Part shown: in pieces, positions 9,167-18,405 of the stretch
Layout: each line of letters starts with the position of its first letter
Numbering within the stretch: position 1 is the stretch's first letter
Assembly (NCBI RefSeq): GCF_014207565.1
Contig: NZ_JACHGJ010000014.1
Span: 8,359 to 72,358, forward strand
Length of the DNA: 64,000 bases
Reading direction: 5' to 3'
From: Spirochaeta isovalerica
GTDB lineage: Bacteria > Spirochaetota > Spirochaetia > DSM-2461
Program-made: the position numbers and the translations under genes
Notes under the pieces: model-generated
Told to the model about the DNA's origin: nothing
What the model saw: the letters and a program-made list of their open reading frames with translations, nothing else
Databases searched by the model: none

Positions 9167-10305
9167 CAGAACGATTCCCGGAGAATCTCGAAAAGGCTGT
9201 CCGCCCCGACAGTCTGATTGACATTGGATAGCAGCGCCGAGGTAATATCGGAACAGATGGACAGTTCGTCGGATTTGATTTTCATCTCTTCCAGCCGGAC
9301 AGGCAGTTTATACCGGGCGATGATGCTTCTGACCATTGTGCTGAGAGAATCTCTCTCACCCAGGGAAGACCAACCAAGACCTTCTCTCAAAGCTTTGGCA
9401 GCCTGCCCCGCTCTATCGGTAGAGGAGTATATGGAGGAATCAAAAACATGGGGATAAAGGGTTGTAACCAGCGAAACGCGGGGAACCTTGTAATAGGACC
9501 CTGTTACATAGGCGAGCATCAATCCCGGTAATGGTCCAGTCATGGAGAGAGCCATAGCGGAACTGACTGAGGCCTCGCAGGCAATTTTTCTGAAATTCAA
9601 ATCCCCCTGATTCCCCGAAATCTTATCGAGAACCGAAGTGACTTTTCCAATGGCATCGAGTGCCGCTGTTTCAACAAGAAAGGACGATTGTCTGCTGATA
9701 TAAGCCTCAATGGATGAGAGGAGTATCTCCATTAAAGCCAGTAATGAATATTTTGCCGGAAGCGAGACAGTCAAAGTCGGATCGACAATGATCTGTTTTG
9801 TGCTGAATGGCGGCAGATGGGAAATCGACGAAGTTCTCTGCCGGCTTTCCGTTATAAAACAGGATTCCGAAAGAAGAAAAGGGTCTCGAAGAGATGTCGG
9901 CACGGAAATAAAGGGAAGTACGATTCTCCTGGTAACACGATCTGTAAAAAAATCATCGATATTGCCTTCTCCGGCAGCAACAAAAGCCACGGCTTTTGCA
10001 AAAGAAAGAGTGCGGACTCCGCCCAGGCCGACAATGACCTGGCTGTGGCTTCGTTCAGCGAGAGACACGGCTTCTTCAATGGAAAATGTGGAAGCTGAAG
10101 ATTTAACATCGCTGTAAACCAGCACCTTAAGATGCTTTTTCTCCAGAATGCCTTTTACGTAATCGAGAGTTCCTGTGCTTTTATGAACTGAATCGGAAAT
10201 GAGCAGAACCCGCTCGCCCCAGCTAGATGCCTCACTGCCGAGTCTTAAGATTTCCTTGTTTCCGAAAATAAGCGACCCGGGAAATTCCAATCTGATTTCA
10301 GCCAT
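9166..10305 (-). CDS. Iron-containing alcohol dehydrogenase / DHQ-synthase-like family protein, apparently degenerate
   Basis: Rossmann-like N-terminal half with the GLGGVRTLSFAKAVA glycine motif typical of Fe-ADH. I could not find the canonical metal-binding His motifs in the C-terminal half. Confidence 0.55.
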   Translation of the reverse strand: MAEIRLEFPGSLIFGNKEILRLGSEASSWGERVLLISDSVHKSTGTLDYVKGILEKKHLKVLVYSDVKSSASTFSIEEAVSLAERSHSQVIVGLGGVRTLSFAKAVAFVAAGEGNIDDFFTDRVTRRIVLPFISVPTSLRDPFLLSESCFITESRQRTSSISHLPPFSTKQIIVDPTLTVSLPAKYSLLALMEILLSSIEAYISRQSSFLVETAALDAIGKVTSVLDKISGNQGDLNFRKIACEASVSSAMALSMTGPLPGLMLAYVTGSYYKVPRVSLVTTLYPHVFDSSIYSSTDRAGQAAKALREGLGWSSLGERDSLSTMVRSIIARYKLPVRLEEMKIKSDELSICSDITSALLSNVNQTVGADSLFEILRESF

Positions 10306-10382
10306 AAAACCCTCTCATTTTGCAGCAAAAAAAAGACAGAGTTGAACCCTGCCTTTCTTTCTAAGATTCCCGCTGAATTCTG

Positions 10383-10670
10383 TCAGCGGATTCCGAACAT
10401 ATCCATTATGCTATCGGCAACTTCGCCCAGCACTTTGTCGTTAATGTAATTGGGATCCTGAAGCTTGGCTTTGACTTCTTCAACTCTGTCCATTCTGATA
10501 TCGGGAGATGACTTGGCCGTATCAGCTGCTTTCAGGAGTTCCGCACTTCTCTTGGCTTCATCCGAAACATTGACAGAATCCGCTTCGTTTTTCTTGACAA
10601 CTTTTGATGTCTTGCTTGTTTTGTTGTATTTGGCTACCGGATCAACGGGACCCAATCTGTCTATTGTCAT
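10383..10670 (-). CDS. flgM: Anti-sigma-28 factor FlgM
   Basis: 95 aa. The C-terminal DIRMDRVEEVKAKLQDPNYINDKVLGEVADSI matches the FlgM sigma-28-binding region. AAAGGAG RBS precedes the ATG. Confidence 0.8.
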   Translation of the reverse strand: MTIDRLGPVDPVAKYNKTSKTSKVVKKNEADSVNVSDEAKRSAELLKAADTAKSSPDIRMDRVEEVKAKLQDPNYINDKVLGEVADSIMDMFGIR

Positions 10671-10728
10671 CTTATCTCCTTTGCTCCCACATTAATACTA
10701 TCGTCAAAATTCCGATAACATTAACATT

Positions 10729-11400
10729 TTATTTCCCCGAAACAAGAATTGCGAACTCACCTTTAATTGTAACCTCTTTTCCCAGCATTTCAAGGAGACT
10801 TTTAGTTGTTCCCTCGACATACTGCTCATGGATTTTGGTCATTTCCCGGCCTATGAGAGCTGTTCTTTCCGGTTCCAGCTCAGTCAGTTCGCCCATTAAT
10901 TTCTCTATTCTGAAGGGTGACTCATAGACGACAAAAGCTTCTTCTCTATCGAGCAGTTCCCTCAGCCTTTTTTTTCTTTTTCCCGATTTCTGAGGCAGAA
11001 AACCTTCAAAAAGAACGCTTTTACCCTTATACCCGCCTATGCTGGCCAGTGCGGTCTGAGCCGACGGACCGGGCACGGGAATGGTTCTGAAACCGGCATC
11101 TCTCGCCGCTCTGACGAGGATGGAGCCGGGATCGCTGATACCGGGCGTTCCCGCATCGGAAACATAGGCGACATCTTTCCCCTCATCGAGGAGCTTTATA
11201 ATGCCGGCGGAACTCTGAACCTCATTTCTGGCCCTGCAGCTGATCGTATGCTTCGCAATGCCGTAATGGGACAGCAGTTTTTTAGAAAGCCTGGTATCTT
11301 CACAGGCTATGACATCGACATTCTTAAGGATCTCAACGGCCCGGTAGGTCACATCTTCCAGATTGCCGATGGGAGTCGCTACAATATAAAGATCACCCAT
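10729..11400 (-). CDS. rsmI: 16S rRNA (cytidine1402-2'-O)-methyltransferase
   Basis: N-terminal LYIVATPIGNLEDVTYRAVEIL..VDVIACEDTR is the tetrapyrrole-methylase-like RsmI signature. Length is 223 aa. Confidence 0.88.
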   Translation of the reverse strand: MGDLYIVATPIGNLEDVTYRAVEILKNVDVIACEDTRLSKKLLSHYGIAKHTISCRARNEVQSSAGIIKLLDEGKDVAYVSDAGTPGISDPGSILVRAARDAGFRTIPVPGPSAQTALASIGGYKGKSVLFEGFLPQKSGKRKKRLRELLDREEAFVVYESPFRIEKLMGELTELEPERTALIGREMTKIHEQYVEGTTKSLLEMLGKEVTIKGEFAILVSGK

Positions 11401-11593
11401 AACACCATTTTACTGATTAATCTTTCTCTTGCCTACGTTCTGAACCGACACTAGACTTATAAATATGGATATTGATCATACTGGCAGCTAACCTTACCAT
11501 CGTCGATTCGAAAGAGGCCGCTGAGAAAGAAATAAGGATCTTGCGGAATTAGTTACAACTTCTCCGGCATAAGATCAGAGAAATATTAAAACC

Positions 11594-12001
11594 ATGTTAT
11601 TGAAAATTACCGTAGCTGTCCTGCTGGCAGCTGTTCTCGTTATCATCATAATCTCTCTGTTAAGGAAAAATCGGCCGGAAAATCCGATTTCCGATGAAAG
11701 TTTCCGGAAAGAGAATTCCTACCGCAACTGCCCTATATGCGGAACGCCTCTTCTAAGAGGGGAAACAGTCCACTCTCATCTCTATCCGGGAAAACCGGAC
11801 GGCATGATGTACATTTACGGCTGTCCCTTCTGCCACAAAGATCATCCCCGATTCAAAGGCGGCCGCGAAGTCGAAAGAATCTGCCCCTATTGCAAAGTGA
11901 AAATCCCATCAGATGGATGGGTGGTAGCCCGGGTGTTCGAAAAGCCGGAAAAAACTCATGTTCACGTTCTGGGATGCACTGTCTGCCGCAAAGTTAAATA
12001 A
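11594..12001 (+). CDS. Membrane-anchored cysteine-rich protein with four CxxC pairs (zinc-ribbon-like)
   Basis: N-terminal TM helix followed by CPICG, CPFCH, CPYCK and CTVCR motifs. Length is 135 aa. Confidence 0.6.
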   Translation: MLLKITVAVLLAAVLVIIIISLLRKNRPENPISDESFRKENSYRNCPICGTPLLRGETVHSHLYPGKPDGMMYIYGCPFCHKDHPRFKGGREVERICPYCKVKIPSDGWVVARVFEKPEKTHVHVLGCTVCRKVK

Positions 12002-12005
12002 AAAT

Positions 12006-12034
12006 TTGACGACCTGCCAACAATTTCATATTAC
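12006..12034 (+). promoter_or_regulatory. Sigma70-like promoter (TTGACG, 17 bp, TATTAC) upstream of the second HDOD gene
   Basis: TTGACG at 12006-12011, a 17-nt spacer, then TATTAC at 12029-12034. AGGGAG RBS precedes the ATG at 12075. Confidence 0.45.
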
Positions 12035-12074
12035 AATTTAAGATACCGGTCAGATCCGGGCAGGGAGTGGAACA

Positions 12075-13559
12075 ATGGAATACACAAAAACTAACGATAT
12101 TGCCATAAGAGATATTCGGAACGAGTTTATCACAAAAAAAGAGTTTTCCTGCAATCTGCCCTATTCATCAAAGGAAGGGGATGTCTTTTTATCCCATGCC
12201 TTCCGAACTATTCTGGAAGAGCTGAAACAGGAGACCATGTTTCTCCACCTCGAGTATGTCCTGACCGAACTGGTTCTCAATGCCTCGAAATCCAATCTGA
12301 AACGGCTGTATTTCAAAGAGAAGGGTTTGGATATCAAAAACGGCGGCGACTATGAAACGGGAATGAAAATGTTCCGTAAAGAAGCCATGGGAAACCCGGA
12401 CTACGAAGCGAAGCTGAAAGACGCCGGCAGCTTCGTCAACGTCAGCATTAAATCCGACGGAACGACGATAAACCTCCGGATTACGAACAACAACCCCATG
12501 CTCGACATAGAAAGAAAGCGAATCGCAGAAAAACTGAGCATAGCTCACGGTTTTGACGACATTACAGACCTATTCAACCAGACTTTCGATTCCTCTGAAG
12601 GCCGCGGCTTCGGGTTGATCATCATCGTTATGATGCTGAGAAAAATCAGCCTGAACGAAAACGCTCTGATTTTTTCAAATGAGGGAGACCACTCAGTCAC
12701 ATCCATCCATATTCCCGTCAGCACGCTGCAGAAAGATCATGGAAAAATCATTGCCAGCGAAATCGCCGTCGAAATGGAGCGGATGCCGCAGTTTCCAGAG
12801 AGCATAGTCGCTCTGCAGAAGGAACTGTCCGACCCTAACTGCTCTTTTGCGACAATTACCGGCAAAATCACCTCCGATCCGGCTTTGACGGCGGAAATCA
12901 TCCGGATTGCCAACTCTCCGGTTTATAAAGTCCGGAGCGAGATCACCGATGTGGCCGGCGCCGTTAGAATCATGGGTATGCTGGGCGTCAAATCAGTCCT
13001 CTACAATTACGGCATGAACAAAATCATGCAGAGCAAATACGACAAAAACGTGATTAAGGAAGTCAACGAGCATTCCTATTACGTGGCCCGGGTCTCCGCC
13101 TATCTGACGTCATACAAGAAACTGGGGAAAGTAACAGAAGATGTATATGTTGCGGCATTACTCCACGACATGGGTAAGATCATCGTCAATTCCATGAACA
13201 GAGATCTGGAAAACAACCTGAAAAAGCTCTGTTCGGAAAAATATATTCCCACATCGGTCCTGGAAGACCTGACAAAAGGCTACAATCACGCCATGATCGG
13301 CTCCGAAGTGGCGGAGAAGTGGAACTTTCCGGAAAAATACATTACGGCCATTGCCTTCCATCACATCCCCCTCGATGTGACAGATGAATACAAGGACCTC
13401 ATTTATGCCATCTATCTGGGAAATGAACTTTATTATTATCTGAAAGATGAAAGGGAATTCTTTGACCTGAACTACATGGTTCTGGAGTATTTCGAACTGG
13501 AAGAGGAAGAGCATTTCATCGAATTTATCCAGAATTTGAAAATGCAGGGATTTGATTAA
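12075..13559 (+). CDS. Paralog of 6607-8088: SpoIIAB/RsbW-like GHKL domain fused to an HDOD domain
   Basis: Same architecture as 6607-8088: LTELVLNASKSN, SEGRGFGLIIIVMMLRKIS, then HDOD with AALLHDMGKIIV. It is 494 aa against 493 aa for the paralog. Confidence 0.75.
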   Translation: MEYTKTNDIAIRDIRNEFITKKEFSCNLPYSSKEGDVFLSHAFRTILEELKQETMFLHLEYVLTELVLNASKSNLKRLYFKEKGLDIKNGGDYETGMKMFRKEAMGNPDYEAKLKDAGSFVNVSIKSDGTTINLRITNNNPMLDIERKRIAEKLSIAHGFDDITDLFNQTFDSSEGRGFGLIIIVMMLRKISLNENALIFSNEGDHSVTSIHIPVSTLQKDHGKIIASEIAVEMERMPQFPESIVALQKELSDPNCSFATITGKITSDPALTAEIIRIANSPVYKVRSEITDVAGAVRIMGMLGVKSVLYNYGMNKIMQSKYDKNVIKEVNEHSYYVARVSAYLTSYKKLGKVTEDVYVAALLHDMGKIIVNSMNRDLENNLKKLCSEKYIPTSVLEDLTKGYNHAMIGSEVAEKWNFPEKYITAIAFHHIPLDVTDEYKDLIYAIYLGNELYYYLKDEREFFDLNYMVLEYFELEEEEHFIEFIQNLKMQGFD

Positions 13560-13616
13560 GACTTATATTAGATTAAAGTCTGGTTTCTCACGGCGTTCTT
13601 TGCTATTATTCCCTCT

Positions 13617-16124
13617 ATGAGTAAGTATCCCTTTAACGAAATCGAAAAAAAATGGCAGAAATTCTGGGAAGAAAACGAGACTTTTAAAGTAACGGAAGAT
13701 CCTTCATTCCCAAAAGAGAAGAGAGCATACATTCTCGATATGTTCCCCTACCCCTCGGGAGCCGGTCTTCATGTTGGACACCCCGAAGGATATACGGCAA
13801 CGGACATCTACTGCCGCTACCTGAGGATGAAAGGCGTTAACGTCCTTCACCCCATGGGTTTTGACTCTTTCGGACTTCCCGCGGAAAACTATGCTATCAA
13901 AACGGGAACTCATCCGAAAATCACAACGGAAAAAAACATCGATCACTTCCGCGAGCAGATCAAATCTCTCGGATTCAGCTACGACTGGTCCAGAGAAGTA
14001 TCGACCCACACTTCCGAGTACTACAAATGGACTCAATGGATTTTCCTCCAGCTCTACAAGAAGGGCATGGCCTACGAAGCGGATACGCCAATCAACTGGT
14101 GTCCCGATTGTCTTACAGGTCTGGCCAACGAGGAAGTCAAGGAAGGCATGTGCGACCGCTGCGGGACCCAGGTGGAAAGACGCAATACGCGCCAGTGGAT
14201 TCTCAAAATAACAGACTACGCCGACAAGCTTCTCGAAGGCCTGGACACTCTGGACTGGAGCGATTCGCTCAAGGCTATGCAGAGAAACTGGATCGGCCGT
14301 TCCGAAGGTGCCAACGTCGAATTTAAACTGGAAAAGTTTGATGACTATATTGAAGTCTACACGACCCGTCCCGATACGCTGTTCGGCGCCACCTATATGG
14401 TACTCGCTCCCGAACACCCCTTTGTAGAAAAAATCACGACGGCCGATCAGAAAGAAGCCGTTGAGAAATACATTGCGGAAGCGAGCCACAAATCGGACCT
14501 GGAAAGAACGGAACTGTCCAAGGACAAAAGCGGTGTATTCACCGGGGCGTATGCCATCAATCCGGTAAACGGAGAGAAAATCCCCGTGTGGATTTCCGAC
14601 TATATCCTCATATCTTACGGTACGGGGGCCATTATGGCCGTTCCCGCCCACGACCAGAGAGACTGGGAGTTCGCTAAAAAATTCGATCTTCCCATCATCG
14701 AAGTCCTCAAAGGCGGCGATGTTTCTGTCGAAGCCTACACGGAAGACGGAGACCACGTGAACTCCGGCTTTCTCGACGGTATGGGCAAACAGGAAGCCAT
14801 CGATTCGATGATCGCCTGGCTTGAAGAGCGCAAGCTCGGAAAGAAAACCATTAACTATAAACTTCGCGACTGGATCTTCGCCCGTCAGAGATACTGGGGT
14901 GAGCCCATACCTCTGGTGCACTGTCCCGCCTGCGGGACAGTGCCGGTTCCCGAAGACCAGCTGCCTATAACCTTACCTCACGTTGACGACTTCAAACCGA
15001 CCAATACGGGAGAATCTCCCCTGGCTAAAGTTGAAGAGTTCGTCAAATGCACTTGTCCGCAATGCGGCGGCGAGGCCAAGAGAGAAACCATAACCATGCC
15101 CCAGTGGGCCGGCTCCTGCTGGTACTACCTGCGCTATCTCGATCCGAAAAACGAGAAAGCCTTCGTTTCCAAAGAAGCGGAAGACTACTGGATGCCCGTA
15201 GACCTCTACGTCGGCGGAACGGAACATGCTGTTCTTCACCTCCTCTATGCCCGTTTCTGGCATAAAGTCCTTTTCGATCTGGGACTTGTCAGCCATGCGG
15301 AACCTTTCCAGAGACTGGTCAACCAGGGAATGATTACGGCATACGCCTATCAGAGACCGAACAAGTCTCTCGTCCCGACAGATGAGGTTAAGGAAGAGGA
15401 AGGAAAATTCATCGAAATCGCTACGGGTAAAGAACTGGAACAGGTTATAGCCAAAATGTCCAAAAGTCTCAAAAACGTGGAAAATCCCGATGAGATGATT
15501 GAACACTTCGGCGCCGATTCCTTCAGAATGTATGAAATGTTTATGGGCCCCCTTCAGGTATCCAAACCCTGGTCGACCAAAGGTCTGTCCGGTGTCCACC
15601 GCTTCCTGAACAGAGTCTGGAATATCGCCGAGAGGGAAATTTCCGATGAGAAACCTTCCGATGATATGATCAAACTGCTGCACAAGACGATCAAGAAAGT
15701 CAGCCTCGATACGGGAGCGCTGGAATTCAATACGGCGATTGCCCAGATGATGATCTTTATCAACGAAGCGTACAAGCTGGACAAATGCTACAGAGAACTC
15801 TGGGAACCCTTTACCCTGCTGATTGCCCCTTATGCTCCCCACCTTGGAGAGGAAATGTGGCAGATGCTCGGACACGAAGAGATTCTCGCCTACAAGCCTT
15901 ATCCCGAATGGATCGAAGAACTGACACTCGATGACGAGAAGGAAGTTGTTGTTCAGATCAACGGAAAAGTGAGAAGCAAGATGACTGTCGCTGCCGGAAC
16001 ATCGAAAGATGATCTGGAGAAGATGGCCTTCGGGATTGAGAAGATTCAGTCCATGACCGAAGGCAAGAATGTCGTCAAAGTCATTTGTATACCGGATAAG
16101 CTTGTTAATATTGTTGTTAAGTGA
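13617..16124 (+). CDS. leuS: Leucyl-tRNA synthetase
   Basis: [16 protein letters not shown] is the HIGH-type motif, the editing CP1 domain is present, and KMSKSLKN is the KMSKS motif. Length is 835 aa. Confidence 0.95.
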   Translation: MSKYPFNEIEKKWQKFWEENETFKVTEDPSFPKEKRAYILDMFPYPSGAGLHVGHPEGYTATDIYCRYLRMKGVNVLHPMGFDSFGLPAENYAIKTGTHPKITTEKNIDHFREQIKSLGFSYDWSREVSTHTSEYYKWTQWIFLQLYKKGMAYEADTPINWCPDCLTGLANEEVKEGMCDRCGTQVERRNTRQWILKITDYADKLLEGLDTLDWSDSLKAMQRNWIGRSEGANVEFKLEKFDDYIEVYTTRPDTLFGATYMVLAPEHPFVEKITTADQKEAVEKYIAEASHKSDLERTELSKDKSGVFTGAYAINPVNGEKIPVWISDYILISYGTGAIMAVPAHDQRDWEFAKKFDLPIIEVLKGGDVSVEAYTEDGDHVNSGFLDGMGKQEAIDSMIAWLEERKLGKKTINYKLRDWIFARQRYWGEPIPLVHCPACGTVPVPEDQLPITLPHVDDFKPTNTGESPLAKVEEFVKCTCPQCGGEAKRETITMPQWAGSCWYYLRYLDPKNEKAFVSKEAEDYWMPVDLYVGGTEHAVLHLLYARFWHKVLFDLGLVSHAEPFQRLVNQGMITAYAYQRPNKSLVPTDEVKEEEGKFIEIATGKELEQVIAKMSKSLKNVENPDEMIEHFGADSFRMYEMFMGPLQVSKPWSTKGLSGVHRFLNRVWNIAEREISDEKPSDDMIKLLHKTIKKVSLDTGALEFNTAIAQMMIFINEAYKLDKCYRELWEPFTLLIAPYAPHLGEEMWQMLGHEEILAYKPYPEWIEELTLDDEKEVVVQINGKVRSKMTVAAGTSKDDLEKMAFGIEKIQSMTEGKNVVKVICIPDKLVNIVVK

Positions 16125-16131
16125 TAATTTT

Positions 16132-16163
16132 AAAAGGAGGGTGAGTGATCATCCTCCTTTTTT
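16132..16163. terminator. Bidirectional intrinsic terminator hairpin between leuS and the convergent lipoprotein gene
   Basis: AAAAGGAGG at 16132-16140, loop gtgagtgatcat, then CCTCCTTTTTT at 16153-16163. A-run and T-run flank the stem. Confidence 0.7.
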
Positions 16164-16908
16164 AATAAACCATATATTCATACGTCCCGTCAGACTTTAT
16201 ATGTAATTCCAGAATCAACCCAGAAGAGTTCATCAACTTATTAACCCCGGTCGGAAAAGATGCATCTGTATAGACCGAAGTCCCTTCTGATAAAATATCC
16301 ACCCCGAAGACATCCCGGTTCGTCCACAAACCTTGCGGCAACCTCAGATTGACCTCCCGAAACCGTATTTTGCGCACATCGTAATAAGACAAATCCCCTG
16401 TAATGATTTCATCACAGAGAACCTGATAATCCAGAACCCAGCGGCTGTCAGAACCGGCTTTCTCGTCAATCAGCGAACGAAGTCGGGGAATATTAATATA
16501 ATCGGGATTGATATATTCAGAGCATTTTAGAATGACAGAACCGACAAATCCCTCATCCCATGAAAATGAGCCGACGCCCCGGCTTTCAGTATCAAAAGGA
16601 TAGAGAAACCCGGCCGGCTGGCTCCTGAAGGTTCTGCCATCTTCCAATACAAAAACAGCCTCGATTGTTAAAGCTGTTGTTTTCCCTTTAATAAACTCAA
16701 AAACAAGAGAATCATTTCCATCAAAATCGAATGATACACACTGAAGAATTCCATTTTCATCGCGATAACTCAGCTCCCAGAACTCCGGCTCAACAGTAAA
16801 TAGATTATCCCTCTGAACCGGCATGGAAATGTTGACTGTGTGTCTATCTCCCAGGAATCGACAGGCGGAAATGATAAGAATCAGGAAAAAGATATATAAA
16901 AACTTCAT
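16162..16908 (-). CDS. Hypothetical lipoprotein
   Basis: Signal peptide MKFLYIFFLILIISAC with lipobox Cys. Length 248 aa. I recognise no family. Confidence 0.6.
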   Translation of the reverse strand: MKFLYIFFLILIISACRFLGDRHTVNISMPVQRDNLFTVEPEFWELSYRDENGILQCVSFDFDGNDSLVFEFIKGKTTALTIEAVFVLEDGRTFRSQPAGFLYPFDTESRGVGSFSWDEGFVGSVILKCSEYINPDYINIPRLRSLIDEKAGSDSRWVLDYQVLCDEIITGDLSYYDVRKIRFREVNLRLPQGLWTNRDVFGVDILSEGTSVYTDASFPTGVNKLMNSSGLILELHIKSDGTYEYMVY

Positions 16909-16981
16909 TTTTTATAACTACGTGAAGAATTTCCCTGTCTATTTATAAAAATAATTTTTTTTTCGGTATATAATTCATTTT

Positions 16982-18373
16982 ATGACTGAAGAAGTATTCC
17001 TCGTAAAACTGGCAAAAGGTCTTGAACAGTACAGAGTCAAGCTTGAATCATCAGCCATTCCCAAAATGAAACAGTCCGCCTCGGTGCTCCACAGCTCTTA
17101 TAAAAATCTCTATCAGTTTTGTTTAGATAAAAAACTCCTCTCTGTAGACCAATACAGCGATGAATCAGCAGTTAAGGAATTAAAAGCGCCTTCATCCGAT
17201 CCTTTTATTGAATCGGAGAGACAGGTCGAGCTCAATATCCGATTTGCCGCATATAACAAGCAGCTGGAGTATCTCAATACTTCTTTTTCATTCAATATTG
17301 AAAATTTCGATCTGGCAACAGTTAAACAGCTTTCAGATCTGATTTCCTACATCGATTGGACATCATTCTCCGAAAATTCCGGAAAACATATGACCAGAGC
17401 GTTCGCTGTTATGTTGGGAACCTTAAGGCTCGGTTCCGATGCCATGCAGGTCAAGGTCATCAAAAATGATCTGAAGCGGCTCAGAGAAGAAACTCAAAAT
17501 TTCAAGGAAGCGCTTCAGGACATAGCTTTGCTGCGCAAAGAACAGTACAAATCAGAATTGAGAAAGCGGATCGCCTTTGACGGAGTCATCGACTATAAAG
17601 AAGATACCAAAGAAGATATCGAAAAGAACATCCGCCATATGATGAAGCGGGAGATGGAAGGTGTTCCTTTTTACAGCCAGCTGATCAACCAGTTGATTGA
17701 TGATGAAATGAAAGCGCCAGCCAGTTGGGAAGAGCTACTGAAAAAGCTGTCTCCGGAAGAGAAGAAAACCGTAACGACAAAAGGGCTCGATAAAAATGAG
17801 CTTCTTATCATAATCAAAGAGTTGGGTAAAACGTCTCTTCTTCTTAACAAGATTTTGAAAAAATTTGATGAAAACGGCATTCTGATAAACCGAAAAAAGC
17901 GAAATTTCATTGAAAAAATCGCCTTCGCCCTATCGGAAGCTTTTAACAAGAATAAAAAGATCTTTTATGATATTGAAGTCTATAATGCGGAACACACCGT
18001 CAAAAAAGCCGTTCATATGAACTACACTCATTTTGCCGAAGAGCTGAAAGCCAATGCCCACAAGATCTATATGCTTTCAACCCCGGAAAGCCTGAAAAAA
18101 CTGTCGGAAATGGACGATGAAGATATTCTTATTAAAATCAACACGAGCATGGATGTTTTCAAGCGCAGTTTCCGGAAGCTATCGGCGCTCGATGATTTTT
18201 TTAAGGAAAAATCTCCCAAACATGTTAAATCGGAGATTTCCGGTGTTAAAGTTGAATTGAACGGTATAAAAATGTCTTTGACTACCGCCCAGAAGAGGCG
18301 CAACGAATACCTTTCCCAGAAAGAGGAAATCGAACAGCTCAAAAAGCTGGGCATTCATATAGAGCAGACTTGA
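16982..18373 (+). CDS. Hypothetical coiled-coil protein (463 aa)
   Basis: Long ORF rich in K/E heptad-like segments. An AT-rich promoter-like region with GGTATATAAT lies upstream. Confidence 0.6.
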   Translation: MTEEVFLVKLAKGLEQYRVKLESSAIPKMKQSASVLHSSYKNLYQFCLDKKLLSVDQYSDESAVKELKAPSSDPFIESERQVELNIRFAAYNKQLEYLNTSFSFNIENFDLATVKQLSDLISYIDWTSFSENSGKHMTRAFAVMLGTLRLGSDAMQVKVIKNDLKRLREETQNFKEALQDIALLRKEQYKSELRKRIAFDGVIDYKEDTKEDIEKNIRHMMKREMEGVPFYSQLINQLIDDEMKAPASWEELLKKLSPEEKKTVTTKGLDKNELLIIIKELGKTSLLLNKILKKFDENGILINRKKRNFIEKIAFALSEAFNKNKKIFYDIEVYNAEHTVKKAVHMNYTHFAEELKANAHKIYMLSTPESLKKLSEMDDEDILIKINTSMDVFKRSFRKLSALDDFFKEKSPKHVKSEISGVKVELNGIKMSLTTAQKRRNEYLSQKEEIEQLKKLGIHIEQT

Positions 18374-18405
18374 ACCGGTTTACCCGGCTCGCATCACTCT
18401 GAATA

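Noticed and set aside
11401-11593. 193-nt intergenic region as a candidate riboswitch or sRNA
   Set aside because: I see no recognisable riboswitch consensus and only weak local pairing. It is probably a plain promoter region for the CxxC-protein gene.
13704-14921. 405-aa minus-strand ORF inside leuS
   Set aside because: It is antisense to an unambiguous leucyl-tRNA synthetase and has Gly/Arg/Val-rich shadow-frame composition.
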